Source: a virus
Virus record (IMG/VR): IMGVR_UViG_3300009149_000014
Location: 1 to 64,000 of that record
DNA: 64,000 nt
Direction: 5' to 3' (one strand)
Below the pieces are notes generated by a model. It saw nothing but the letters and a program-made list of their open reading frames with translations. It did no database searches and had not been told where the DNA came from. Both the position numbers and the translations under genes were made by a program. Of the stretch, positions 1 to 10,157 are shown in pieces (the stretch's first letter is position 1; each line of letters begins with the position of its first letter).

Positions 1-777
1 AAATCCCCAATCCGTGCACTCATCGTCGGTGAACGACATCCAGATCCAAAATCTGTCATCGATGATCCCGTTCAGATGTCACGTTGGTTTAGCCAACAAC
101 TTAATAATGCAACTCGTCAACAGTTGCGGGAAAATCCTATCATGACCACCACGAGGACTAACATAGTGACTGATTACGCCGATACACAGATTCTCCGATC
201 TGTTCAAAGCCTCTTGAACTCAGCCAAAGTCAGCAACCAGCTGGTCAAGACTGACCAAGGATCAAGTACAAATTACACCATCTTCTTCGATACACTTGCT
301 GTACCGGCGAAGGTCATTGGCCAATTGTCAATTCTTCGACAAGAAGCATTGGAACATGGAGTCATTTTACACTTGGACACCACCGGTATCAAAATCCAGC
401 GGGGTCTAAACTGTGTGAACGTGACCAAAATGGTTACAGAAAAGGTGAACGTCATCGTCCTGACCCCCAGCCAAGTCAAGACAGATGTACCAAGCCCAAT
501 CGAAGTACCTGATAAGAGCGAACAGGATCACGTCAATTCGATAATCTCAAACGATTTTATGAATCAAGTTGCCGAACGACTGCCGTCCGAGCATTGCCGG
601 GCTGCACGAGATATCCTCACTCAAGATGGTGAGTGGTATCACAAGTACGTTGATAGATTTGGCGATACCAAATGGACTTGGAAGAATATCGAGTTGCTGC
701 TCGGTCTCTCCAAGAAAGAAATGCTCGTTGTGCGAGAGCAGATTAAAGCAATTGCTTTGGATTTGCTGTCAGTCTAG
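1..777 (+). CDS. 5'-truncated protein, possibly a divergent phage sigma-factor-like/HTH protein
   Basis: Frame is open from base 1 (KSPIRAL...), so the true start is outside the window. WFSQQLNNATRQQLREN resembles sigma region 2, and C-terminal WKNIELLLGLSKKEM resembles an HTH. Confidence 0.35.
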   Translation, partial: KSPIRALIVGERHPDPKSVIDDPVQMSRWFSQQLNNATRQQLRENPIMTTTRTNIVTDYADTQILRSVQSLLNSAKVSNQLVKTDQGSSTNYTIFFDTLAVPAKVIGQLSILRQEALEHGVILHLDTTGIKIQRGLNCVNVTKMVTEKVNVIVLTPSQVKTDVPSPIEVPDKSEQDHVNSIISNDFMNQVAERLPSEHCRAARDILTQDGEWYHKYVDRFGDTKWTWKNIELLLGLSKKEMLVVREQIKAIALDLLSV

Positions 778-1301
778 CGATAAATATCGCTCGGCATTCC
801 GCCACCATGATGGTAGCCTGTCGAGAGCATTCCAAAATTCAGAACTTGATCGATACTACGCTCTGGGGAAACCCAGGGCACGTATCCTTCTTCATGCTTA
901 CCTAGAACACGGACGATAAAAGCAATAATTTGTTTCGGTTTCACACCGTATTCTATTCCATGTACACGATTAACAGCTTCACCTTGTCTGACTGAGTGAA
1001 GCGTGTTCATGATATCTTGGTGAGCAGTGCGGCCCAGGAACATTCTCTTAGTCCCAAGAACGAACAGATTCCATTCTAGGGTCAAAAAGTCATCTTGCAG
1101 TTTCATGTCCTTGGCATTAGGAACAATTTCCACCTTTGTGTGCAATGGCGGAATCTGGATCGTCAAATCCAATAATATACTAGGATCGACGACTTTATCC
1201 ATGTTATGCTTGCCAACTTTGTGTACAAAGTAATGCACAAGAAACTTCTGCACCTTGTGGCAATTCGCTGCTCTTCTGAGAGTGTCTTGATTAACTGGCA
1301 T
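774..1301 (-). CDS. hypothetical protein
   Basis: 175 aa ORF directly downstream of the Rad50-like gene; its stop overlaps the previous stop in CTAG. Confidence 0.6.
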   Translation of the reverse strand: MPVNQDTLRRAANCHKVQKFLVHYFVHKVGKHNMDKVVDPSILLDLTIQIPPLHTKVEIVPNAKDMKLQDDFLTLEWNLFVLGTKRMFLGRTAHQDIMNTLHSVRQGEAVNRVHGIEYGVKPKQIIAFIVRVLGKHEEGYVPWVSPERSIDQVLNFGMLSTGYHHGGGMPSDIYR

Positions 1302-1304
1302 GGA

Positions 1305-3116
1305 TTATTGCTCTAAATACGATAGCTTCCCGCGTTTTCGCACTCTAATTTCGCTTCCAAATACACTCTGCATTGTATCCATGTGGGAAATTATGAATAT
1401 CGAACCCGCACGGTTGGATAAGTCATTCTTAATAATATGTATCAAGGAATCAATACCCTGACGATCCATCTGACCATCTACCTCGTCAAGGGCTAAAACA
1501 TTACATTGTCGCCCATAAAGTTGTTCGTGTAAATCGAAAGTGGAAAACATCATCGCCACATCTGTACGGCGTTTCTCACCATAACTTTGGAATTCATAAC
1601 CCCAATAATTACTTTCGATACCAAGACTATCTGTCAATTGGATTTTCACATCCAGATCAAGAATGTCTAGATAATAACGAAGTCTCTCATTGATAAAAGG
1701 AATATGCTCAACTACAATATCCCTTTTCACCTTGCTTCGATCACTGTAAGCCTTCCGAATATACTCCAGATGGATGATTCGTTCTTCGAGTTCTTCGGCT
1801 TTAGCCTTATGAATCTCGATTTCGCCTTTGATCCGCATCAATGAAGTCCGAAGATCGCTCATAGCTTGAATATTTGGCGGAGTTTCAGCCTTGATTGCCT
1901 CAATCTCAGCATCAATCATACTCATCTGATTTATCAAATTCTGCCGATAATCCATTTGGGATTTGGCGAAGTTATACTCATACTCAGGTTTATTCTTTTC
2001 CATAGCCTCATTAGCCGTCTGGATCATCTGATCCATTCTATCAATTTGTTGCTTCTGAGTCGGAAGTTGTTGCTCAAGGCCCCGTTTTTCTTCGGTTTTC
2101 GGATTCGTCTGGTCATGAATATGTCCATCTGCTACCGGTTGGCCACAAGACCGACACACAGTCCCCAGCTTGCTTTCCCAAGCATCGATCTCCCTTTGAA
2201 GATCCAAGGCTCGTCTGGAAGAATAATTATAGCAATTGGCGACTTCATTTCTTTTCACTTGAAGAGTATTGATCTTTTCGACCATTTTGTTCTTCATTGT
2301 ATTGTATTGAACCCAGTCACTCTCGATTCGTTCCAAATCATAACAAGCACAGCCCATTAGAGTCTGGTTAACTTGCTCTTTGTGAGCGATTTTGGTATTA
2401 ATCCGAGCTTGGCGATTAGCTTCGAATTGCTCGGCTGCAGCTTTTTGTGATTCTGTTTGAGTTTTTAAATCAGTCAAAAACTGGATTCTACTCTGAACGG
2501 CTTCTTTTTGGGCTTGCATTTCAGCACTATCAGTACCAGCCCGTCCTGCAGCACTTTTCGCATAATAAGCAAGTCTGTCTAATTTGAGCAATCGTTCAAG
2601 GACCTCTTTCCTTTTTTGGTCACTCATTTGCATCCATGGTTTATCAAAGCAAGAAAAGAAAACGCTTTTCGAAAAAATGTCCCAATCGAGATTAAATGCT
2701 TGGGACAATTTGGCTTGTTGGGCTTTTAGAGTACCAAGGGTATCAGCCATCATACATTGTTCTTCACCAGCATGATAGAAGACGACTTCTGTTGTGCCAT
2801 CTGCTTTTCTGGTTCGTAAAATGCTGTCACCATTTTCAAGTACGATTTTGCCCCAGGTGTCGCCTTTTGTAAAATGGTTGCGGATTTTATTGCCTGGATT
2901 GGACGCATGGGCTGTTCGTCCAAATAAAGTCCATTGTAGAGCTGCAATCACGTTGCTTTTACCTGCTCCGTTTGATCGCCCTTCAAGAACGTTGCCGTTT
3001 TCGTCTTCGATTGCTCCGGTGATTAAACATTCACGAAATGTGCTTAAGTCGATTGTCGAGACATAATCACCAAAGCTCAGAAAGTTACTCCACGAGAATT
3101 TTGATATTTCAAGCAT
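1305..3116 (-). CDS. Rad50/SbcC/gp46-like SMC ATPase
   Basis: Walker A NGAGKS, coiled coil with CRSC zinc hook, signature SYGEKRR, Walker B/D-loop LDEVDGQMD, H-loop IISH. Confidence 0.93.
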   Translation of the reverse strand: MLEISKFSWSNFLSFGDYVSTIDLSTFRECLITGAIEDENGNVLEGRSNGAGKSNVIAALQWTLFGRTAHASNPGNKIRNHFTKGDTWGKIVLENGDSILRTRKADGTTEVVFYHAGEEQCMMADTLGTLKAQQAKLSQAFNLDWDIFSKSVFFSCFDKPWMQMSDQKRKEVLERLLKLDRLAYYAKSAAGRAGTDSAEMQAQKEAVQSRIQFLTDLKTQTESQKAAAEQFEANRQARINTKIAHKEQVNQTLMGCACYDLERIESDWVQYNTMKNKMVEKINTLQVKRNEVANCYNYSSRRALDLQREIDAWESKLGTVCRSCGQPVADGHIHDQTNPKTEEKRGLEQQLPTQKQQIDRMDQMIQTANEAMEKNKPEYEYNFAKSQMDYRQNLINQMSMIDAEIEAIKAETPPNIQAMSDLRTSLMRIKGEIEIHKAKAEELEERIIHLEYIRKAYSDRSKVKRDIVVEHIPFINERLRYYLDILDLDVKIQLTDSLGIESNYWGYEFQSYGEKRRTDVAMMFSTFDLHEQLYGRQCNVLALDEVDGQMDRQGIDSLIHIIKNDLSNRAGSIFIISHMDTMQSVFGSEIRVRKRGKLSYLEQ

Positions 3117-4833
3117 TGCTTACCAGTCTTGGTTGTGGAATGGACTTTGTGACGGCTTCCTTAAACCATTTTGGGAAGCTATTTTGGTTTTTGTAGTAGA
3201 CTCGTTCGAACGATTGATCGATAATAAACGTGTCGGCCCAGTCTGTTGCGCTTCTAACACTGCGACCAACTGATTGAACCATTTTCAGAATGGTAATATA
3301 ATCGTAATACTCAGCATCAAGCTCCATCCGAGCTTCAAGCTGCTTATTCTCGTAGAAATTAGCGAACGGCACTTTACAGAGGATTTGAAATCGGCTCAGA
3401 TCGTCTTTAAGGTCGACGCCTTCGTGCATTGCTGGGGCAATGATAATTGAGCCGGATTTGGCCGCATGGGCTTCAATCATCGCGGTTTTGGTCTGATAAT
3501 CAAATTGCTGGATGAATCGGTTAGTGATTCGTTTGGGCAATGTTTCAATCAGTTTCTTTTGGATGTTGAATGAATGAGTGTGAATAATTCCGCGATATTC
3601 TTTGTATCGGTCGGCGATCTCTGCGACTTTGGAAGCCATGTCCTTGATCCAAACGTCCATTTTGTCTTTGCCACCTGTAAATCGGCCAGCGAAATCGGTA
3701 ACAATTGGTCGATTGGCTATTGGGAACTGCGATGGGATTTGCAATGCTGCGTATTCACCTTCTTGAATACCGAGATTCTTGGCGAAAGTTTTAGCATTAA
3801 GAATGGTTGCACTCAAGAAAATCACAATGTCAGCTGCTTTGAATAAGTAATTCTTGGCTGCTTTATGGGCGAAGATCGGTTTGAGTGTTGCTTTGGTTGT
3901 GTCTGTCCTGGTATCTTCTTCCCATTCACAAACCCAACCTTTAGGGTCGTCACGAACTTCGAGAATCATTGTGACATATTTCTTGATCAATCCTTCATAG
4001 GTATTCATCATTTTAATATTCAAGGATTCTTGTGCTTCGAGAAGCTTCTCCTTAAGCACTCCGATAGCATCCATTTGGGTTAGCCATTTGACGTAATCTT
4101 CGGCACTATCGAGTTCTGGGACTCTACCGTCGATGTGGTGGCTATTGATAGTACATTCGAGAAATCCAAGCAATTTCTCTTCGGTATTGTGAGCTTCGTC
4201 AATGATGAGGATCTTGCGAGGTGTGAATTTAGTACCAAAATTCACGTGTAAGATAAAATTGTTGAAATTCATCGAGGCTGTTTGAGCGTTCATAGCTCCA
4301 TAGAGCTTTTCGAAATATGGGCAGAAGCTGAATTGCATTCCTTCCGGGAATTGGACTTTTCCAGACTCTTTTTCTTCAAGGGATGGCAAACAAAGTCTGC
4401 AGCTGCCTCGGCCTGTTTCGCTTTTGCAGTAGCCTTCATCACACCCAGGTTTGGCGGCTTTCAATTCATTGAATTTGTGGGGCAGATATGTTCGAAGTCG
4501 GGTTTCGAAATTGTCGTATGCTGTGCATGGGTAAGCGTTTCGCCCTTTGAGCGTTACGACGTCTGGGAAATCGAGTTCGATTTGGTCCTGTAGGTGTTTG
4601 GTGGTTGTGATGTAATAGGCTCTACCTTCACCGGCAAGCTTGGCTAACGTTACGGCAATGGGGCTTTTCCCAGCACCAGTCGGACATTCTGCTATGATGT
4701 ACTTATATCCAGCTTTTGCTTGCCGAACTATTGTTTGTATTACTTCTTTTTGAAGCGGGCGATATGATTCCATCGGGAAACATTCGTCGATCCGAGATTC
4801 ATCAATCATTTGAGCTGGAACGGTTTGAGACAT
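3109..4833 (-). CDS. DinG/XPD-family helicase (probable Fe-S)
   Basis: CPTGAGKS, KGRNAYPC plus further Cys (CPYF), DEAH, LSAT, EGVDL, QSVGRSVR. ATG at 4833 preferred over TTG at 4839. Confidence 0.9.
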   Translation of the reverse strand: MSQTVPAQMIDESRIDECFPMESYRPLQKEVIQTIVRQAKAGYKYIIAECPTGAGKSPIAVTLAKLAGEGRAYYITTTKHLQDQIELDFPDVVTLKGRNAYPCTAYDNFETRLRTYLPHKFNELKAAKPGCDEGYCKSETGRGSCRLCLPSLEEKESGKVQFPEGMQFSFCPYFEKLYGAMNAQTASMNFNNFILHVNFGTKFTPRKILIIDEAHNTEEKLLGFLECTINSHHIDGRVPELDSAEDYVKWLTQMDAIGVLKEKLLEAQESLNIKMMNTYEGLIKKYVTMILEVRDDPKGWVCEWEEDTRTDTTKATLKPIFAHKAAKNYLFKAADIVIFLSATILNAKTFAKNLGIQEGEYAALQIPSQFPIANRPIVTDFAGRFTGGKDKMDVWIKDMASKVAEIADRYKEYRGIIHTHSFNIQKKLIETLPKRITNRFIQQFDYQTKTAMIEAHAAKSGSIIIAPAMHEGVDLKDDLSRFQILCKVPFANFYENKQLEARMELDAEYYDYITILKMVQSVGRSVRSATDWADTFIIDQSFERVYYKNQNSFPKWFKEAVTKSIPQPRLVSNA

Positions 4834-5935
4834 GAGCAAAGTCCTTTTAACGGCTGATTTTCACTTTGGGCTTCACGGCAAGACCCAAGACATTCTGATG
4901 GCTGCAAAATCAATTAGAAAATACGCACAAGAGAAGGGCATCAAACACGTTTTTCTTCTTGGCGACCTATTTCATGATCGTGAATCGACAAATGTTGAAG
5001 TCGGACATGTCGTGTACGAATTTCTTGCTGCCACAAAAAGAGAATACGGTCAAGAATGGTATGTCTTTCCAGGAAATCATGACATGTACTACAAGTACAG
5101 CTGGAAAATCACATCGCTTCGGTCTTATTCAGAAGTGTGTCATGTCCTTGAAGACATCCACAGGGTTGATGTCTTTGATCGTCGCTTCTGGATGATCCCA
5201 TTTATCGCTGTGGACAAAGCTTACATGGATGTTGTTGATGAAATCGACAAAGATTGCAAACAAAGCGATGTACTACTTACCCACATCGGATGTATCGGAG
5301 CCTCGTATAATCTATGCTTTTTGTTTCAAGAGCAAAAAGCGATTAATTTCGATCACCGAGCTGCTGGTCAAGTTTTCACAGGTCACTTTCACTGTTATCA
5401 TAGAGCTGGTGTCAAGACTCATTACACAGGTAGTCCTATCCCTTTCTCGTTCGACGAGGGTGTTGTTCCTCATGGGTTTATCGAATATGATTGTGACACT
5501 GGTAAGCATGAGTTCGTTGATCTGAGACCAATTATGCGACGTCATAATCCTGGTCGTCTATTGCCACCTGATATGATTACCATGAGTATCGACGATATCC
5601 CAAAGCTAGAAAGCGTCGATATAATGGGTAATTGTTTCAGAATCATTAGTGATCAGTATTTGCCAGAAGAATTGACGACCCAATATCGGAAAGAATTGCT
5701 TCAACAAGGAGCGAAAGTTGTCCGGTTTCTTCGGTTGAAAGATTCCCTTGAACCTGAAATTAATAGGGGATCGACCGGTGCTTCTCGAATGCAGGTCCAA
5801 GATTTGTTCACTCGTTTCTTTGAGCGGGATAAGCACGCAGATAAATATAATAAGGTCCTGATGAATCAGCTCAATAATGAAATCGTCTATGAAGGCGATT
5901 CTTTGTACACTGTCGATAACGTAGGCATTGATTAA
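4832..5935 (+). CDS. Mre11/SbcD/gp47-like nuclease
   Basis: Phosphoesterase motifs ADFHFG, GDLFH, PGNHD, TH, GHFH. Confidence 0.9.
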   Translation: MSKVLLTADFHFGLHGKTQDILMAAKSIRKYAQEKGIKHVFLLGDLFHDRESTNVEVGHVVYEFLAATKREYGQEWYVFPGNHDMYYKYSWKITSLRSYSEVCHVLEDIHRVDVFDRRFWMIPFIAVDKAYMDVVDEIDKDCKQSDVLLTHIGCIGASYNLCFLFQEQKAINFDHRAAGQVFTGHFHCYHRAGVKTHYTGSPIPFSFDEGVVPHGFIEYDCDTGKHEFVDLRPIMRRHNPGRLLPPDMITMSIDDIPKLESVDIMGNCFRIISDQYLPEELTTQYRKELLQQGAKVVRFLRLKDSLEPEINRGSTGASRMQVQDLFTRFFERDKHADKYNKVLMNQLNNEIVYEGDSLYTVDNVGID

Positions 5936-7443
5936 TGGTCGCTGTCACCAAATTCCCCAAGAATCCAACGCAAGATCAGTTGTATGTTGACCTGAATGGG
6001 GTAGAGTGGCGGTTTGATATTATTCGATCTAGATGGGTGCAGCAAAGCCTGTTTGAGAACATTCCTGTCGTTTCGGCTAGTCAAGACGGTTTAATCACAC
6101 CCGAAATTTATGATAGGCTCGAACAGCTTAAAATCTCGGCTGAACAATTAGATCTTTCGACGTTTAAAATCTTTCCCGGTATTGATGCGTATTATTACTA
6201 TTTTTACAGTCCAGATGGGCTAATTGATATTCGCCATCGTGGTGATGGAATTATTTCGATTGATGTCAATGAACAAAAATTAGTCGCCTATCTCTACCGC
6301 TACCTCTGCATCGGCGATCGAGGTATTCAAGGGGATAAGGGGATAGTTGGTAATCCTGGCTTACCAGCACCGAATGAACCGACGTTCTATCCGGATCGTG
6401 CCGAAAATGTGATTAGTGGTGAAGTTTATGTTCCAATCCCGATTGGGACTTATTATGATCATCCGACGATCACACCGATTAGCCTTCGGTTTTATGGTTT
6501 ATATACTGTTCCGACTTCTTTCACGCTCGGAGACCAGTTGGCATATTGGATTAATGTGATTGGTAATCCATTGTCTCAGCCTGAAGAAAAGGCGGTCTTT
6601 TCGCGTTTTCGACAGCGTATTATCGATCAATCCCTTGGTTTGTCGACTGGTCCTGTTGTTGATTTGTCGAATACTGTCAACAATGTGTTGCAATTAAATC
6701 CTGGGGCCATTCTTGAGCTTGATATTAATCCAGTCGATGGTTCTTTTACAATTGTCAACAATGGTATTAATGCTAATGCTGCGAATATTCAGGTCGAATT
6801 TGATCGTAATCTCGGGTATTTAAAATTCTCTATCGCCGCAGCTTGGCCTGATGATGTAGTGTTCAAATGTCGTCAGCGTGGTCCAAAAGGTGATCGTGGT
6901 GATATTCCAAACAGTTTCATTTCGCAATTTGATTGTGCATTCCCCGATAATTCTAATGTCCGCCCAGATACAGCTTTGATCCATTTTCGTCTTGACTGTG
7001 AAAATGATACTTTTTATGTCGCTTTTGATCGGTTGAACAGTCAAGATGCTTACCAATTGGTTTCTACTGATGTCCAAGCAGCCACCACCGCGACTAGGCC
7101 CATAATTGAGGGGCGTTATGCCGCTGTTGAAAGGGTCGCCGGTCCGGTTAAAATGACGGCTTTGTTGATTAATCAATTCGGAGATATTGATATTGATGAA
7201 CCTGATTTGCAAGATTGGGAACCGCAACCGGGCTGTCATACTAAGCGTTCTTTTGCCAATCATGAATTCGATTGGATAAGTGGTACCGATATTGGCGAAT
7301 GTGCTGATGAGCTTAAATGGTACGGTCCAGAGGGCGTTCGGCCTGGTAAATATCCGTATGAATTGGTCCGTCCTTCCGAACCACCTGGGGACCAATGTTG
7401 TCAAGATGACTATTTCATATTCCCCGAAACCGGGGATTGCTAA
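5935..7443 (+). CDS. putative virion structural/fibre protein with short collagen-like segments
   Basis: N-terminal FPKNP...W..D...W motif typical of phage fibre proteins; G-X-Y runs GDRGIQGDKGIVGNPG and GPKGDRGD; Cys-rich C-terminus. Confidence 0.55.
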   Translation: MVAVTKFPKNPTQDQLYVDLNGVEWRFDIIRSRWVQQSLFENIPVVSASQDGLITPEIYDRLEQLKISAEQLDLSTFKIFPGIDAYYYYFYSPDGLIDIRHRGDGIISIDVNEQKLVAYLYRYLCIGDRGIQGDKGIVGNPGLPAPNEPTFYPDRAENVISGEVYVPIPIGTYYDHPTITPISLRFYGLYTVPTSFTLGDQLAYWINVIGNPLSQPEEKAVFSRFRQRIIDQSLGLSTGPVVDLSNTVNNVLQLNPGAILELDINPVDGSFTIVNNGINANAANIQVEFDRNLGYLKFSIAAAWPDDVVFKCRQRGPKGDRGDIPNSFISQFDCAFPDNSNVRPDTALIHFRLDCENDTFYVAFDRLNSQDAYQLVSTDVQAATTATRPIIEGRYAAVERVAGPVKMTALLINQFGDIDIDEPDLQDWEPQPGCHTKRSFANHEFDWISGTDIGECADELKWYGPEGVRPGKYPYELVRPSEPPGDQCCQDDYFIFPETGDC

Positions 7444-7478
7444 CGTTTTAATTCATTAGTCTCATATGCGGGTATCAA

Positions 7479-8603
7479 ATGAAGTATCAAGATCTGTATA
7501 GATTGAAGTTCTCGCCTACTTTCGATTTGTTGGAATTAGTCGATAAAATCCGAAAATCGCCTTCAGATTGGGTGATGCTTGCCGATATTACTTATAAGTG
7601 TATCGACAAGCCAGATTTGGATGATTCTATCAATTTCAAACAGGTATTTGTTCCCCAAATCTTGCCTTATAGTCACAAGATTAATAATCCATTCGGTCGT
7701 AAAATCCAACATGTTTCGTTACAAGCCAATTTGAAAATCCAAGCTGTAATGACAGGAATTGAAGTCCGACCCGACTTTATCCCTTTCGCTATGATTGCTC
7801 ATAAAGCTTTGTTATTACGTGTTCTCAGTCGGTGCAGCAGTTGTTCGGAAGTGTTTTTGGAATTGAGCTTATTGTTGGCTGATCCAACTTATCAAATTAG
7901 TGTTCATCCTGATTGGTTGGCCACTGTGCGTTTAAGAGATGCAGATCAAAAGCCTCGGGCTCGTTTGATAGCTAAATATTTTCCCAGTGGAAGTGATTAT
8001 CTTGCAAACACCGAACAAACTGTTGTTGAGCCCGCAAGACGTGCTTTGGTGCACAGTAATAATCTTTGTCGCGATGGCTTTGTCAGACTTTATAACATTC
8101 TTAATCAAAGAGATGTTCTTTTAACTCAAAGTTCGACGGCAGAATACGAACACTGTAGGTTCAACTACACGACCATTGCTATTGATTCCGATATCGATGC
8201 CGATTATTACTTTGCTCTTCCCGGAGCTTTGTTTTCTTCTTTTGATATGCGACGAACTTTTGCACAAGTCGTTTTACCTGATCATAACAGCCCGGCTCCT
8301 ATTTATACGCCCTATGCCGAGCCATTGGGGGTTTTTGCTGTTAAACAATTTTCTTCTTCTGTCAATTTTGCCCCGCCTTTTTCGACTAGTTCTAATAATT
8401 TGTTGACTGCTTTAGAAATAATAGTATCGTGTGCCCCGAAGTCCGTTTTGATTAATTCTGATTCTATATTAGGTGCTTTAGTCGCGTCTGGGGATACTGC
8501 TGAATCTATTAAACGGCAAACGTTCTTAACCAGGATTATTGAATATTCTGTGGAACGTGGCATTCAAATAAAGGTGTTGGGTGATTTGTGTCAGTTGAAT
8601 TAA
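7479..8603 (+). CDS. hypothetical protein
   Basis: 374 aa ORF with no recognised motif. Confidence 0.6.
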   Translation: MKYQDLYRLKFSPTFDLLELVDKIRKSPSDWVMLADITYKCIDKPDLDDSINFKQVFVPQILPYSHKINNPFGRKIQHVSLQANLKIQAVMTGIEVRPDFIPFAMIAHKALLLRVLSRCSSCSEVFLELSLLLADPTYQISVHPDWLATVRLRDADQKPRARLIAKYFPSGSDYLANTEQTVVEPARRALVHSNNLCRDGFVRLYNILNQRDVLLTQSSTAEYEHCRFNYTTIAIDSDIDADYYFALPGALFSSFDMRRTFAQVVLPDHNSPAPIYTPYAEPLGVFAVKQFSSSVNFAPPFSTSSNNLLTALEIIVSCAPKSVLINSDSILGALVASGDTAESIKRQTFLTRIIEYSVERGIQIKVLGDLCQLN

Positions 8604-8881
8604 CTCTTGTGATTGTTGGTTTGTTGATTATTATCTCTAATCAAGTCGTGATGGCTGTTTTGTTGTATAAAATCATCAAACAATCAGATCAGCATCGTCC
8701 AACTGGATATGTTTCTAAGCCAGTTGAATCTGGTGCAACTGAACAGATCGCTCCTCCTAAAGCTGTGTTCAAACCTTCACCTAAATCAGTTCCTTTGCCA
8801 GACCCGGCGTCGTTATTAAAAAATACTCCGTCTGCGTCGGGCTTCGGTTCAAGGACTAATTCTAGTGGCAAAGAATCCTAA
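8588..8881 (+). CDS. small single-pass membrane protein with Pro/Lys/Ser-rich tail
   Basis: Hydrophobic N-terminus LTLVIVGLLIIISNQVVMAVLLY followed by KIIK and a low-complexity tail. Confidence 0.6.
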   Translation: MSVELTLVIVGLLIIISNQVVMAVLLYKIIKQSDQHRPTGYVSKPVESGATEQIAPPKAVFKPSPKSVPLPDPASLLKNTPSASGFGSRTNSSGKES

Positions 8882-9086
8882 CGAGATTTTATCGGACACA
8901 GCTAAACGTCCGTTGCCGCTTATCCATCAAACTAGGACGGGTCTTCCACCGAAGCCGGTGTCCGTTCCTCGTGTGAAAAAATTCGTTAAGCGTAAGCCGT
9001 CTGGTATTGTTAAAGTAGTACATAACTCGGTTAAACCTCCAAGAGTTTACCGATTAGGCCAAATTTGTCGTTGTGAGAGAATTATT

Positions 9087-10157
9087 ATGAAAAATCTCGG
9101 ACTAGATCTGGGTACCCGCAATATAGTTCTTGCTTTTCAGGAAGAAGATGGTTCGACTGGATACTTGAGTGAAGTGAACGGCTATTGGCCTTTTGAACGA
9201 GTTACACCGTTCCTTAGAAATATGCTTGATGATCCAAACAAGATCAGATCTGACGGAACCAAACGTCCGGCTCGCTGGATTGAACTCGATGGTCAAGCTA
9301 TCATTCTTGGTAAAGATGCTGAAGAATTTGCATATGCCAAAAATGATTACCTTCGTCGTCCTATGGCTGAGGGTGGCGTTGCGGCTGATGAAGAAGCTAT
9401 GACTATTCTGTCAACCATCGTAACTGGTTTGTTAAAAACCGCTGAAGATGAAGTCGGCGTATTTGCCAAAGATCTCAAACTATGTTATTGCACCACGGCT
9501 CCTGCAATCAACAAAGACATCAATCTTGATTATCACACTAGAGTGGTAGAAATTATTCTGAATAATTATCCCACCAAGGCTAAGATCCAAAAAGATACAA
9601 TCAAAGAATCTCATGCTATCGTGCTTGACTCATCAGAGGATGGAACAGGAATCGGTATTAGTTGGGGTGCTGGCACTGTTACTGTCAGTTATGTCAAGTA
9701 TGGTCTTGAAATATTCAGTTTTTGCTGGGTCGGTTCTGGTGACTGGATCGATAATGAAACAGCCGTTCGTCATGGATTTAATCCTGATAATCGTAAAAAA
9801 TCGAAAGAAACTCCAACGACAGTTTCAAAACGCAAAATGTCCGTCGACCTGACCCCAGGTAAAGAACCCACAGATAGGTTGGGTATGGATATTGTGCTTC
9901 ATTATGAGATCCTGATTAACAATGTTATGGAAGGCATTGTTAATGGATTTGTAGAAAATGAAAATGAAGCCCGGATCGAAGAAGGCGTGAACATCTACAT
10001 GGCTGGTGGTACAGCGAGCCCAGCTGGATTTACTGATCGTGTTATTAAGTTAATGTCTGAACTCGAAGTTCCATTCGAGGTCAATAAAGTCATTCTGACT
10101 AAAGATCCTCTCTTAACAGTGGCCCGAGGCTGTTTAAAAGCTTCGACAATGTTTTAA
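9087..10157 (+). CDS. actin-superfamily ATPase (volactin/MreB-like)
   Basis: Phosphate-1 GLDLGT, RRPM..G, phosphate-2 GIGISWGAGT, GDWID, adenosine MAGGT, terminal VARGCL. ATG 9087 follows GAGAG; an in-frame GTG at 8865 would add 74 Pro/Lys-rich aa. Confidence 0.85.
   Translation: MKNLGLDLGTRNIVLAFQEEDGSTGYLSEVNGYWPFERVTPFLRNMLDDPNKIRSDGTKRPARWIELDGQAIILGKDAEEFAYAKNDYLRRPMAEGGVAADEEAMTILSTIVTGLLKTAEDEVGVFAKDLKLCYCTTAPAINKDINLDYHTRVVEIILNNYPTKAKIQKDTIKESHAIVLDSSEDGTGIGISWGAGTVTVSYVKYGLEIFSFCWVGSGDWIDNETAVRHGFNPDNRKKSKETPTTVSKRKMSVDLTPGKEPTDRLGMDIVLHYEILINNVMEGIVNGFVENENEARIEEGVNIYMAGGTASPAGFTDRVIKLMSELEVPFEVNKVILTKDPLLTVARGCLKASTMF

Noticed and set aside
8865-9086. 74 aa N-terminal extension of the actin-like protein
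   Set aside because: The actin fold begins at Met 9087, which has its own SD-like sequence; the extension is possible but unsupported.
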